Assembly (NCBI GenBank): GCA_038060895.1
Contig: JBBTCT010000016.1
Span: 47,178 to 111,177 of the forward strand
Direction of reading: 5' to 3'
DNA length: 64,000 bases
Source of the DNA: Planctomycetota bacterium
Lineage (GTDB): Bacteria; Planctomycetota; MHYJ01; WSZJ01
Shown here: in pieces, positions 8,970 through 17,121 of the stretch
Position numbering within the stretch: position 1 is the stretch's first letter
Layout: every line of letters starts with the position of its first letter
The notes under the pieces: generated by a model
What the model was told of the DNA's origin: nothing
The model's input: the letters and a program-made list of their open reading frames with translations, nothing else
The model's database searches: none
Made by a program: the position numbers and the translations under genes

Positions 8970-10267
8970 AACCCTCGAACGACAGTCCCGTCGTCGCGGC
9001 TGCTGCCGGCGAAACGATCCTCGAGGGCTTCCTCTTTCGCCGCGGCGACGGCGTCTACGTGAGCGACGTCGGCGCGTGGGATCACCGGCCGAAGCAGACG
9101 ATCTGGAATCCGGACGCCGTTGAAGAGGAGCGGTGGCGCGAGTCGCTGACGTTGCGCCCGATCGAAGGACTTCCGGCGGTCGAGCCGTGCGGGTTCGGGG
9201 ATTTCATCGACCGGGACGGCACGCCCGGGACGGCGCCGCGGGCTCGCGTGAAACTGAAAGTGCTCGGCGGCCAGCGCCCGCCGCCGGCGAAGAAAACGGA
9301 AAACGAGGGCGGACTCCCGGGTTGGCGCGAGGCGCGCTCGTTCCCGCCTCAGAACGCCGAACTCGTCGCCGTGCTCGAACGCGAAATCCTCTCTCCCGCG
9401 TGGCTCACTTCGTGGCGCGACATGATGCGAGCGGCGGACGAACTCTGGGCCGCGTGGTCGCTTGAGCCCGGCATGGACAAGCGCACGAAAGTTCTCGAGG
9501 CCGCGACGAAGTTCGCCCAGGCATGGGAAGTCGCCCGCGCTTCCCGCAAGGGCGAATCTCTCTCGAACTGGCGTGTCGGCCGCGAGTCGGAGTTCGCCTC
9601 CAACGTCGCCAACCGGCTCCGCACCGTCGGCCTCGACCGCATCCTTCCTGCCTGGCCGACGAGCGAGGAACTTCACGCCGTCCTCATGGACGCCGCTTCC
9701 CCCGCCGCCCTCCGGGACACCGTCGTCGCACGCTGGGGCGAGGAAGCGGTGCTCCTGGAGACGTACGGCTACCGCTCGACCGGGCCCGGCTCATGGTCGT
9801 ACCGGCAGATCGGGATCGAAGAGGTGGCTGCGATGGAGCCGGCGGCGTTCGAGAGTTTCAAGAAGGAGCTCGAAGGGATCGAGAACAACCGGCCCCAGGC
9901 GCCGGACGCGGCGGCCATTGGGGAGAGCTCTCGCAAGGCCCGCGAGCGCATCGCCGTCACCGGCCTCTCGGTCGCGCCGCTGACATCGATCGACCGCGAA
10001 CGCTTCATCGTGGACTGCGGCCTCTGCGTGGTGAGCGTGGTGCAGGGGAGTCCTGCGGAGCGGGCGGGGCTCAAGACAGGGGACCTGCTGTGGAAGGCCG
10101 TGATGGACCTGCAGCAGAAACAGGACAAGGTTCGCGGCGAAGTGCCGGTCCATGACGAGCGCGGGCTCGCCAGCTACCTGGACGCGGCCGCCGAAACAGG
10201 GGACGGATCGCTGGAGATGAAGGTGGTCCGCGAAACGGGCGTTGAAACCGTGAAGCTCGCGAAGTAG
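8924..10267 (+). CDS. C-terminal part of the third ECF fusion: unknown domain plus PDZ (possibly a pseudogene fragment)
   Basis: EGFLFRRGDG, RARVKLK, EILSPAWLTSWR and WRVGRESE motifs; PDZ 'VVSVVQGSPAERAGLKTGDLLW'. Different frame from 8610..8969; no signal peptide or RBS. Confidence 0.7.
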   Translation: MSKKAPATEAAALDLKPSNDSPVVAAAAGETILEGFLFRRGDGVYVSDVGAWDHRPKQTIWNPDAVEEERWRESLTLRPIEGLPAVEPCGFGDFIDRDGTPGTAPRARVKLKVLGGQRPPPAKKTENEGGLPGWREARSFPPQNAELVAVLEREILSPAWLTSWRDMMRAADELWAAWSLEPGMDKRTKVLEAATKFAQAWEVARASRKGESLSNWRVGRESEFASNVANRLRTVGLDRILPAWPTSEELHAVLMDAASPAALRDTVVARWGEEAVLLETYGYRSTGPGSWSYRQIGIEEVAAMEPAAFESFKKELEGIENNRPQAPDAAAIGESSRKARERIAVTGLSVAPLTSIDRERFIVDCGLCVVSVVQGSPAERAGLKTGDLLWKAVMDLQQKQDKVRGEVPVHDERGLASYLDAAAETGDGSLEMKVVRETGVETVKLAK

Positions 10268-10274
10268 CCGGGCT

Positions 10275-10415
10275 TCACGGCCGGGGCGGTTTGCGATCCG
10301 GTTCCGGATCGGCGCAGGATCCGCTCATTCAGGTGGGGACGCCGGCTTTCGGCAGGATCCACTTCATCAGCACGAACCACGCGACGGCGATGCCGACATA
10401 GAGAAGCCATTCCAC
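10275..10415 (-). CDS. Small single-TM protein, candidate selenoprotein: MEWLLYVGIAVAWFVLMKWILPKAGVPT-U-MSGSCADPEPDRKPPRP (28 aa if UGA is a stop, 46 aa with read-through)
   Basis: AGGAGG 6 nt before GTG 10415, which lies just after the yeeE stop; hydrophobic helix; in-frame TGA at 10331-10329 followed by MSGSC and a hairpin. Not in the ORF track. Confidence 0.65.
10294..10311 (-). promoter_or_regulatory. Candidate bacterial SECIS stem-loop
   Basis: Minus strand CGATCCG-GAAC-CGGATCG begins 17 nt after the in-frame UGA. The apical loop is about 24 nt from the UGA and starts with G. Confidence 0.5.
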
Positions 10416-10416
10416 G

Positions 10417-10848
10417 TTATGCCTCCTTTGCAGTCAGCGTTGACGCGGTGCGCGGCTCGGTGAGCACTCCGAAGAGCCACGTGCCGGTAAGAATTCCTGC
10501 TACGGTGAACACGGCGTAGAGTTTTCCTTCGCCGATCTGGGCGAGCGCCGTGCCGGGGCACGCGCCGGAGAGCGCCCATCCTGCGCCGAAGACGAGGCCG
10601 GCGAGGAAGAGGCCCTTCTTCATCGGCTTGGGTTTCAGGTCGATCGGCTCGCCGTTGATCGCGCGGGCGCCGCTTCGCTTGAGCAGGAACATCCCGAGTG
10701 CGCCGACGCCGATCGCGACGCCGATGACGCCCATGAGGTGGAGATCCTGGAGGCGGAACATGCCGGCGATCGCGTCGTAGTCGGTGGCGCGGGCGCGGGA
10801 GAGGATGAATCCGAAGAGGGCTCCGAACAGCAGGTAAGCGAAGCGCAT
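10417..10848 (-). CDS. YeeE/YedE family sulfur-compound transporter, second half-protein
   Basis: Four TM helices; 'FGAGWALSGACPG' motif. Confidence 0.88.
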   Translation of the reverse strand: MRFAYLLFGALFGFILSRARATDYDAIAGMFRLQDLHLMGVIGVAIGVGALGMFLLKRSGARAINGEPIDLKPKPMKKGLFLAGLVFGAGWALSGACPGTALAQIGEGKLYAVFTVAGILTGTWLFGVLTEPRTASTLTAKEA

Positions 10849-10849
10849 G

Positions 10850-11344
10850 TCAGGCGACTCCGAAGGCGCGGAAGAGGAGCTGGGTGACGCCGAAGCCGGC
10901 GGCCATGAAACCGACGGTGGCGATCAACGAGGCCTTTGAGCCGAGAGCGATGCCGACGATGGAGTGGCCGCTCGTACAGCCGCCGGCCCAGCGGGCGCCG
11001 AGGCCGACGAGGGCGCCGCCGGAGAAGGCGGCGATTCCGGTGAGGACGGGGCTGCCGCCGAAGGCGTGGAGGGAAGTCGCGAGGTGCGGGCCGCCGGCGA
11101 GAAGGGCTGCGGCGAGACCGCCGAGGGGGAGCCCGGCGAGGAACCACGGGCGCCACGTCTCGCAGAACGGTTTCTGCTTCCAGGCGGACATGCGGGAGAA
11201 GAAGCCGCATGTGGAACCGTAGCCGCTGGAGATCCCCAGCGGCTTGCCGGTCGTCCAGGCGAGGAGGATCACGAACAGCCCGATTCCCCCGCCCGCGGCC
11301 CACCAGGGCCAGGGTTGGACGAAGACGTGGTCGAAAAAGCTCAT
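10850..11344 (-). CDS. YeeE/YedE family sulfur-compound transporter, first half-protein
   Basis: True start ATG 11344 (MSFFDHVF; ATGA overlap); 'LGISSGY' and 'GARWAGGCTSGHSI' motifs. Confidence 0.88.
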   Translation of the reverse strand: MSFFDHVFVQPWPWWAAGGGIGLFVILLAWTTGKPLGISSGYGSTCGFFSRMSAWKQKPFCETWRPWFLAGLPLGGLAAALLAGGPHLATSLHAFGGSPVLTGIAAFSGGALVGLGARWAGGCTSGHSIVGIALGSKASLIATVGFMAAGFGVTQLLFRAFGVA

Positions 11345-12738
11345 CTGGAAATCTCCTGCGGTTTCATCGCCTGCCACGCCACCCATCCGCCGGCCACGTC
11401 GATGGTGGAGCGTAGTCCGATCCTCGCCAGCAGGCTTGCAGCCAGGGAGGACCGATAGCCCGTACGGCAAATCAGCGCGAGCGTCCGGCCGTGCGGAAGC
11501 TTCGAAGCTTCCTTCGTGAGCCGGTTCAGCGGCACGTTGACGCTTCCTTCGATGTGCCCTGCCGCGAATTCGCGCGGCGTCCGGACATCGACCACGAGCG
11601 GCGCATCCGGTTCCGTGAGCATTGCGACGATGTCCCACGGTCCGGCGCGGTGCGACGCCTCGACCAGCTCCGGACGGGATTTCCAGGCGCCGGGGCCGTC
11701 CTGCAGGAACCCGGCCACGTTGTCGTACCCGATCCGGCCAAGCCTCATGGCCGACTCCTCTTCCATTCCGGGCTCGCTCACGATGGCGATCCGCCCGGCG
11801 CGGTCGAGGACAGTGCCGGCCCAGGTCGCGTACTGGCCGCCCAGCCCGATGTTGAGAGAACCGGCGAGATGCCCCGCCGCGAATGCGTCGGCGTCGCGCG
11901 TGTCCACGATCGTCACGCCGTCGTTTGCGAGGCGGAGAAGGGCCTCGAGGGGGAGGGGCTGAAGCGCCGCGGCCAGCGTCTCGTCCATCGTGGCGTGCTC
12001 CGCCTGGTTCATGAGGCGGTCGTGGATGAAGTAACCAGGCGCTTCGGGCTGCTCGGCCAGGACGGAGCGGATGAAATCCTCGCGAGACATCGGGCGGAGA
12101 GCCGGATTCTTCGCACGCTCGGCGCCGATCGTCGAGGAGTTTTCGGGGCCGAGGTTCTTGCCGCAAAGGGAACCCGCGCCGTGGGCGGGGTAGACGAGCG
12201 TCTCGTCCGGCAGGGCCAGGAGTTTCTTGTGGAGCGAGTCATACAGCATCGAGCCGAGATCCTCGGCCTTGAGGCCGACGGCGCCCAGCAGGTCCGGGCG
12301 GCCGACGTCGCCGACGAAGAGTGCGTCGCCCGTGAGGACGGCGTGGGGGGCGCGTTCGGACTTTGCGAGGTCGTAAACGACGATCGAGATCGACTCGGGG
12401 GTGTGGCCGGGAGTGGCCAGGATGCGCAGGCGCACGTCGCCGAATTCGAGGGTATCGCCGTCGTGGAGCTCCGTGTGCTGGAATCCAGGTTTGGCGCCTG
12501 CGCCGAGATAGATGCGGGCGCCGACGCGTTCCCGCAGTTCGAGGTGCCCTGCGACGAAATCCGCGTGAAGGTGTGTGAGGAACACGTGGTAGAGGTCGAG
12601 TCCCAGCGCCTGCGCATCGTCGATGTACTTCTGCACGTCGCGCTGCGGGTCCACGACAATGGCGGTGCGGGTGCGCGTGTCGGCGATCAGATAGGAGGCG
12701 TGAGAGAGACAGCCGAGGTAGTACTGTTTGAAGATCAT
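11341..12738 (-). CDS. MBL-fold persulfide dioxygenase-like protein fused to two rhodanese domains
   Basis: 'CLSHASY', THLHADF, PGHTPE, TGDALFVGDVGRPDL, PAHGAGSLCG; rhodanese motifs 'VDTR..F..GHL' and 'VDVR..EF..GHI...CRTGYRS'. Confidence 0.92.
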   Translation of the reverse strand: MIFKQYYLGCLSHASYLIADTRTRTAIVVDPQRDVQKYIDDAQALGLDLYHVFLTHLHADFVAGHLELRERVGARIYLGAGAKPGFQHTELHDGDTLEFGDVRLRILATPGHTPESISIVVYDLAKSERAPHAVLTGDALFVGDVGRPDLLGAVGLKAEDLGSMLYDSLHKKLLALPDETLVYPAHGAGSLCGKNLGPENSSTIGAERAKNPALRPMSREDFIRSVLAEQPEAPGYFIHDRLMNQAEHATMDETLAAALQPLPLEALLRLANDGVTIVDTRDADAFAAGHLAGSLNIGLGGQYATWAGTVLDRAGRIAIVSEPGMEEESAMRLGRIGYDNVAGFLQDGPGAWKSRPELVEASHRAGPWDIVAMLTEPDAPLVVDVRTPREFAAGHIEGSVNVPLNRLTKEASKLPHGRTLALICRTGYRSSLAASLLARIGLRSTIDVAGGWVAWQAMKPQEISR

Positions 12739-12775
12739 GGCGTTGGCTCCTGTTCGATAGATGAAAGGGAGTCAT

Positions 12776-12791
12776 CGCAATCCCCATACCG
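12776..12791 (-). promoter_or_regulatory. Sigma54 (-24/-12) promoter of the sulfur operon
   Basis: Minus strand CGGTATGGGGATTGCG fits GG-N10-GC and is close to the TGGCACG-N4-TTGC consensus; 37 nt upstream of ATG 12738; next to a sigma54 activator gene. Confidence 0.7.
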
Positions 12792-12807
12792 CATAGAGAG
12801 TAGTGAT

Positions 12808-12820
12808 TAACTCATTGTTG
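12808..12820 (-). promoter_or_regulatory. Candidate IHF-binding site between the enhancer and the sigma54 promoter
   Basis: Minus strand CAACAATGAGTTA against WATCAANNNNTTR (2 mismatches), in an AT-rich spacer. Confidence 0.4.
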
Positions 12821-12862
12821 CTAAACGCTTTAAGAAGAAAGTGTGCTGCTCAAGTGCGCGTT

Positions 12863-12881
12863 GTTAACTTATTAAGTTAAC
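12863..12881. promoter_or_regulatory. Palindromic upstream activator (enhancer) site candidate
   Basis: Perfect inverted repeat GTTAACTT-ATT-AAGTTAAC about 70-90 bp upstream of the -24 element. Confidence 0.6.
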
Positions 12882-12896
12882 GCAATTATGTTTACG

Positions 12897-14273
12897 TTAG
12901 CCCCCTATCTCCATCCCCAGCCGCTTCAGCTTCTTCCACAACGTCACACGGCTCCACCCGAGCGCCTTCGCCGCCTCCGCCTTGTTCCCTCCCGCCGCAC
13001 CCAACGCCGCTTCAATTCGCTTTCTCTCCGCATCGCCGACCTCCGTCACCGGCCGTCCCGCTCGCGCCTGCGGCTTCGATCGCACTTCGGCCGGCAAATC
13101 CAGCAGACGGATCCGGTCCCCATTCGCATTCACGAGCGCGTGCTCGATCGTGTTGCGGAGCTCGCGGATGTTCCCGGGCCAGGCGTGGGCCAGGAGGCGC
13201 TGAAGCGCCTCTTTCGCAATTCCGCCCACGTTTTTCTTCATCGTCGCGGAGATCTCCTTGCGGAAAATCTCTGCGAGCAGCGGAATGTCTTCCCGCCGGT
13301 CGCGCAGGGGAGGGAGCGCGATCTCGAAAACGCGGATGCGGTAGTAGAAGTCGTCGCGGATCGCGCCGGTCTTCAGCGCCGCCGCGAGATCGCGGTTGGT
13401 CGCCGTCACGACCCGCACGTCGATCTTGCGCGTCCGTTCGTCCCCGACCCGCCGCACCTCGCGCTCCTGCAGCGCCCGCAGCAGCTTCACCTGGATCATC
13501 GGTGGAACCTCGCCGATCTCGTCGAGGAAGAGCGTCCCTTTGTCGGCCGCTTCGAACAACCCGGTCTTGTCTCGGGCGGCGCCCGTGAACGCGCCTTTGA
13601 CGAATCCGAAGAGTTCGCTTTCCAGGAGTGTTTCGGGGATCGCCGAGCAGTTCACCGTGATGAGCGGCCCGCCCTTCCGCGCGGACAACTCGTGAATCGC
13701 GCGCGCCGCGAGCTCCTTCCCGGTCCCCGACTCGCCCGTCAGCAGCACGGTCACGTCGCTCTGGGCCGCGAGCCTGAGCCGACGGAAGACTTCCTGCATC
13801 GGAGCGCTCTTCCCGACCATCTTCCCGAACGCGTCGCGCCGGCCGGCCTGTTCTTCCAGGAGCGCGATCTTCTCGTTGGCTGCCACGAAGGACGTCAGGT
13901 CGCTGAACGTCCCCACGGCCCCCGCGATGGCGCCCTTCTCGTCCTTCAGCACCCTCACGTTTCCGTGCAGAAGCAGCTCGCGGCCGTCCTTCGCGAGGAA
14001 CTTGCACTCCTGCTCGCAGATTCCGGCCGGGGCCTGTTCCGGAGAAGAGAGCAGGTCCGCCAGCGTCGCGAATCCCTTGCAGTTGGGGCCCTGAAGAAGC
14101 GTACACGGCTTGCCCACGACCTCGGACGCGGGAAACCCCGTGATTCGTTCGGCGCCTTCGCTCCAGCCGGCGAACGTTCCGCGGGCGTCCACGGTGAATA
14201 CTCCGTCGGCCATCGCGTCGACGATCGACGCAAGCACGCGGGGATCCTTGCGAAAATCGAGTTCCATGGTCAC
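12897..14273 (-). CDS. Sigma54-dependent transcriptional activator (PAS-AAA+-Fis HTH)
   Basis: PAS N-terminus, GESGTGKE, GAFTGA, LFLDEIGE, WPGNIREL, C-terminal HTH; alternative start at ATG 14267. Confidence 0.95.
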   Translation of the reverse strand: MTMELDFRKDPRVLASIVDAMADGVFTVDARGTFAGWSEGAERITGFPASEVVGKPCTLLQGPNCKGFATLADLLSSPEQAPAGICEQECKFLAKDGRELLLHGNVRVLKDEKGAIAGAVGTFSDLTSFVAANEKIALLEEQAGRRDAFGKMVGKSAPMQEVFRRLRLAAQSDVTVLLTGESGTGKELAARAIHELSARKGGPLITVNCSAIPETLLESELFGFVKGAFTGAARDKTGLFEAADKGTLFLDEIGEVPPMIQVKLLRALQEREVRRVGDERTRKIDVRVVTATNRDLAAALKTGAIRDDFYYRIRVFEIALPPLRDRREDIPLLAEIFRKEISATMKKNVGGIAKEALQRLLAHAWPGNIRELRNTIEHALVNANGDRIRLLDLPAEVRSKPQARAGRPVTEVGDAERKRIEAALGAAGGNKAEAAKALGWSRVTLWKKLKRLGMEIGG

Positions 14274-15079
14274 GGCAGCGTGAACTCGATGTCCCTGGTG
14301 ACCGTCGCACCGCCGAGGTGATCGCGGACCGTCGCGTGAAGCACCCAGCTCCCGTTCGCGTCCTCCCCCTTCAGCGTGAACGTGTCCGTGAACGTCGCCG
14401 CCGCCGCATTGCCTTCTCCGTCGATCGTCTTGAAGTCGGCGTTTTTGATCTCCTGCCCCTTCGGTCCCTTGAGCAGGATCCCGTGAGTGGCCGCTATCCG
14501 CTTGTTCGCGCCGCGCGCTTCCGATTTCAGGCCGTGCACTTCGAAGTTCACGGTGACCTCGAACCCGCCTTCGATTTTCTTCTTCTGGATATCGACGTTT
14601 CTGAATTCCGGCGAGCCTTCCGGCGGCGGCGCTTCCGCGACCGCTCCGTAAGTCGTCGCCTCGATCTTCAGGCCCACGACCTTCCAGCCGTCTTTGTCCG
14701 CGAGCTGGAGCTCGACCGCGCGCGTCTTGCCGTCCTTCCCGGGCAGGGCGACGTTCACGCGGCCCAGCGTCACGCCGTTCTTCGTCTCAATGAAGCGCCC
14801 CGTGACCGTCCACCCGGTGCCCCAGGTGCCCGGTTCCCGGAGCAGTTCCTCGACGGGCACCCCCGGGTCGCACAGCCCCTTAGCCTTCGCCGCGTCGCCA
14901 CCCGACATCGCCTGCAGAAACTCCTCCCCGGCCTTCACCGGCGCGGCCGTGACTTTGACGATCGCGAAGAGGCATCCGCCGATGAGCAGGCCTCCCAGCA
15001 TCATGACGCCGACGCAACCGATGACGATCCACTTCAGCGGACTGCTGCGGGGCGGCGGGGCCTGCTGCATCATCACCAT
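14270..15079 (-). CDS. Membrane-anchored hypothetical protein (paralogue A)
   Basis: Start MVMMQQAPPP; TM 'WIVIGCVGVMMLGGLLIGGCLFAIV'; 'GEEFLQAMSGGD..KA' followed by beta-rich domains ending 'DIEFTLP'. Confidence 0.75.
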   Translation of the reverse strand: MVMMQQAPPPRSSPLKWIVIGCVGVMMLGGLLIGGCLFAIVKVTAAPVKAGEEFLQAMSGGDAAKAKGLCDPGVPVEELLREPGTWGTGWTVTGRFIETKNGVTLGRVNVALPGKDGKTRAVELQLADKDGWKVVGLKIEATTYGAVAEAPPPEGSPEFRNVDIQKKKIEGGFEVTVNFEVHGLKSEARGANKRIAATHGILLKGPKGQEIKNADFKTIDGEGNAAAATFTDTFTLKGEDANGSWVLHATVRDHLGGATVTRDIEFTLP

Positions 15080-15200
15080 GGCGTTCTCCCGGGCCGGTCG
15101 AGGGGAAGCGCGCCCAGGCCGGCCGGCCCCGGGCGTGCCCGAATGATGAATCGAACGACGGGGCGGATTGTAACTCCCGATTCCGTTACGCCGGGAATCG

Positions 15201-16001
15201 TCACGGCAGCGTGATCTCGATGTCCTTCTCGGCCGCGAGAAAGCTCTTCCGGTCCGTGATCGTTTCGTGAAGGACGTACCTTCCCCCGGCGCCGCCGGGT
15301 CTGACGGTGAGCTTGTGCGTGAACGCGTGGACGCCCGGGGGGTCTTCGCGGACTTCCGTCGTCGTTTCCATCCGGTAGGGCTCGTCGCCCGCAGGACCGC
15401 GCAGGACAATCGCGTGCACGACGGAGGCCCACTTGCCGTCGCTGCGCGTCTCGGTCTTCAGCGAGGAGACCGTGAAGGTCACTTCCAGATCCCAGCTGCC
15501 GCCGAACCCCGTCTTCCGGACCTCGACGTCGCGGATTTCGGGCATCGACATTCCGGCCGGAAGCTCAGCAGGGCCAAACGAAGATCGCCCATCGATCTTC
15601 ATCTCGTCCACGCGCCAGTCCACGAAGCGCGACACCCGGAATTCGACGGTCCGCGTCTTCCCGTCCCGGCCCTTGACTCGAGCCTCGACCCGCGCGACTT
15701 CCTTTCCGCCTTCCTCGCCGCGCGAACGCTCTTCGACTGCCCACTCCGCCCCCCACGCCGGCCCCTCCAGCGCGAGCGCGGCCTCAATCGGCACACCCGA
15801 GGCCGGACCGCAGGCCATGCGTGCCGCGCCCGCGTCTCCCCGGTTCATCGCTTCGAGGAATTCCTCCGCGGCGCCCGTGGGCGAGCCTTCGAACCGGCGG
15901 AACATGGACAGGGCCGCGGCCGGGATGCCGGCGAAAATGAGAAGCGCGATGCCGCAGCCGACGAACGCTTTCAGCCGGGATTGCGGGGGTGCGGGGGCCA
16001 T
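15201..16001 (-). CDS. Membrane-anchored hypothetical protein (paralogue B)
   Basis: Start MAPAPPQ; TM helix; 'AEEFLEAMNRGD..AA'; ends 'DIEITLP'; colinear with 14270..15079. Confidence 0.75.
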   Translation of the reverse strand: MAPAPPQSRLKAFVGCGIALLIFAGIPAAALSMFRRFEGSPTGAAEEFLEAMNRGDAGAARMACGPASGVPIEAALALEGPAWGAEWAVEERSRGEEGGKEVARVEARVKGRDGKTRTVEFRVSRFVDWRVDEMKIDGRSSFGPAELPAGMSMPEIRDVEVRKTGFGGSWDLEVTFTVSSLKTETRSDGKWASVVHAIVLRGPAGDEPYRMETTTEVREDPPGVHAFTHKLTVRPGGAGGRYVLHETITDRKSFLAAEKDIEITLP

Positions 16002-16073
16002 GAAGCGTGGAAGTGTAACGCGGGCGCGAAAGGCGCGCTTGGTCCGGCGGAAGTCGGCGTTTATGCTGAGGCG

Positions 16074-16709
16074 ATGCGCCGCGCCGTCTTCGCCCTGCTC
16101 CTGACCGCCTCCTGCGCGCCGCCGGAGGCCACGACGCCCGCGCCCAAGGCGAACGAACCGGACCCTCCCCCCGCCGCCTCGACCTGGCAACCCGCCGAGG
16201 GCCGCGAGATGCTCGGCACCCCGGCGCCCGAGTTCTCCGGGCTCAGCGATTGGACGAACTCGGAGCCCTTCACCCTCGCCGCCCTCCGCGGCAAAGCCGT
16301 CCTCGTCCGCTTCTGGACCACCGGCTGCTCCCTCTGCCGCCACACCGCCCCCGCGCTCAACGACCTCGACCGGCGCTTCCGCGGGAAAGGCCTCGTCGTG
16401 CTCGGCATCCATCACCCGAAGGAGCCGGCGTCGCGTGAGGCGGCGTACTGGCGCTCGGCGGCGCAGAGGTACGGATTCACGTTCGCGCTCGCGCAGGACC
16501 AGGAGTGGGCCACGGTGAACTCGTGGTGGCTCGAGCGCGAGACGAAGCACTCGTTCACGAGCGCGACATTCCTCGTCGACCGCTCCGGCGTCATCCGGTG
16601 GCTTCACCCGGGCGGGGAGTTTTTCGACGCGGAAGGGGAGCCCGGCGATGCGTACCGTTCGCTGCTCACGGCGGTCGAGAAGGCCGTCGCGGGGGAGGCG
16701 GTGAAATGA
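16074..16709 (+). CDS. TlpA/redoxin family thioredoxin-like lipoprotein
   Basis: Lipobox LTASC; 'LRGKAVLVRFWTTGCSLC' (CxxC); 'TFLVDRSGVIR'. Confidence 0.85.
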   Translation: MRRAVFALLLTASCAPPEATTPAPKANEPDPPPAASTWQPAEGREMLGTPAPEFSGLSDWTNSEPFTLAALRGKAVLVRFWTTGCSLCRHTAPALNDLDRRFRGKGLVVLGIHHPKEPASREAAYWRSAAQRYGFTFALAQDQEWATVNSWWLERETKHSFTSATFLVDRSGVIRWLHPGGEFFDAEGEPGDAYRSLLTAVEKAVAGEAVK

Positions 16710-16761
16710 CGCGATGCGTCAATCGGACTGTCGCAGTGCGTCACACCGGCGCGACCCCGGT

Positions 16762-17121
16762 ATGAGCCTCGCTGACCTTCCGCAGATCGACTCCGTCGTA
16801 TTCCGCACGCGCGACCTGGCAGAGGTGCGCCGATGGTACGAACTCGTCCTCGGCCTGCGGGTCGGCACTTTTGAGCGCGACGGAATCACGGTGCGGGACG
16901 CCGATGCGCGCTACGTGAACTTTCAGTCGGGAAACACGCTGATCGGGTTCGAAACAGGCAACGAAGTCGACCGCGCCCGGCTGGTTTTCATCGTTGGCGA
17001 CCTCGAGCAGACAAAACGCGAAGTGACAGCCCGAGGAGCCATCATTTCCCTCCAGCGAGACAACTGGTTCATCGTCCGCGATCCCGAGGGTCGCGAAGTC
17101 CTTCTGCAGCAGAGGAGCTAG
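16762..17121 (+). CDS. VOC/glyoxalase family protein
   Basis: 'IDSVVFRTRDL...WYELVLGL' and 'FIVRDPEGREV'. Confidence 0.8.
   Translation: MSLADLPQIDSVVFRTRDLAEVRRWYELVLGLRVGTFERDGITVRDADARYVNFQSGNTLIGFETGNEVDRARLVFIVGDLEQTKREVTARGAIISLQRDNWFIVRDPEGREVLLQQRS

Noticed and set aside
10850-12166. 438-aa version of the YeeE ORF, suggesting a large fusion
   Set aside because: The extension is an alternative frame of the MBL-rhodanese gene; the real start is ATG 11344 with an ATGA overlap
15201-16709. Apparent long overlapping bidirectional ORFs (15201..16607 - and 15267..16709 +)
   Set aside because: They resolve into two divergent non-overlapping genes starting at 16001 (-) and 16074 (+), each with its own -10-like box
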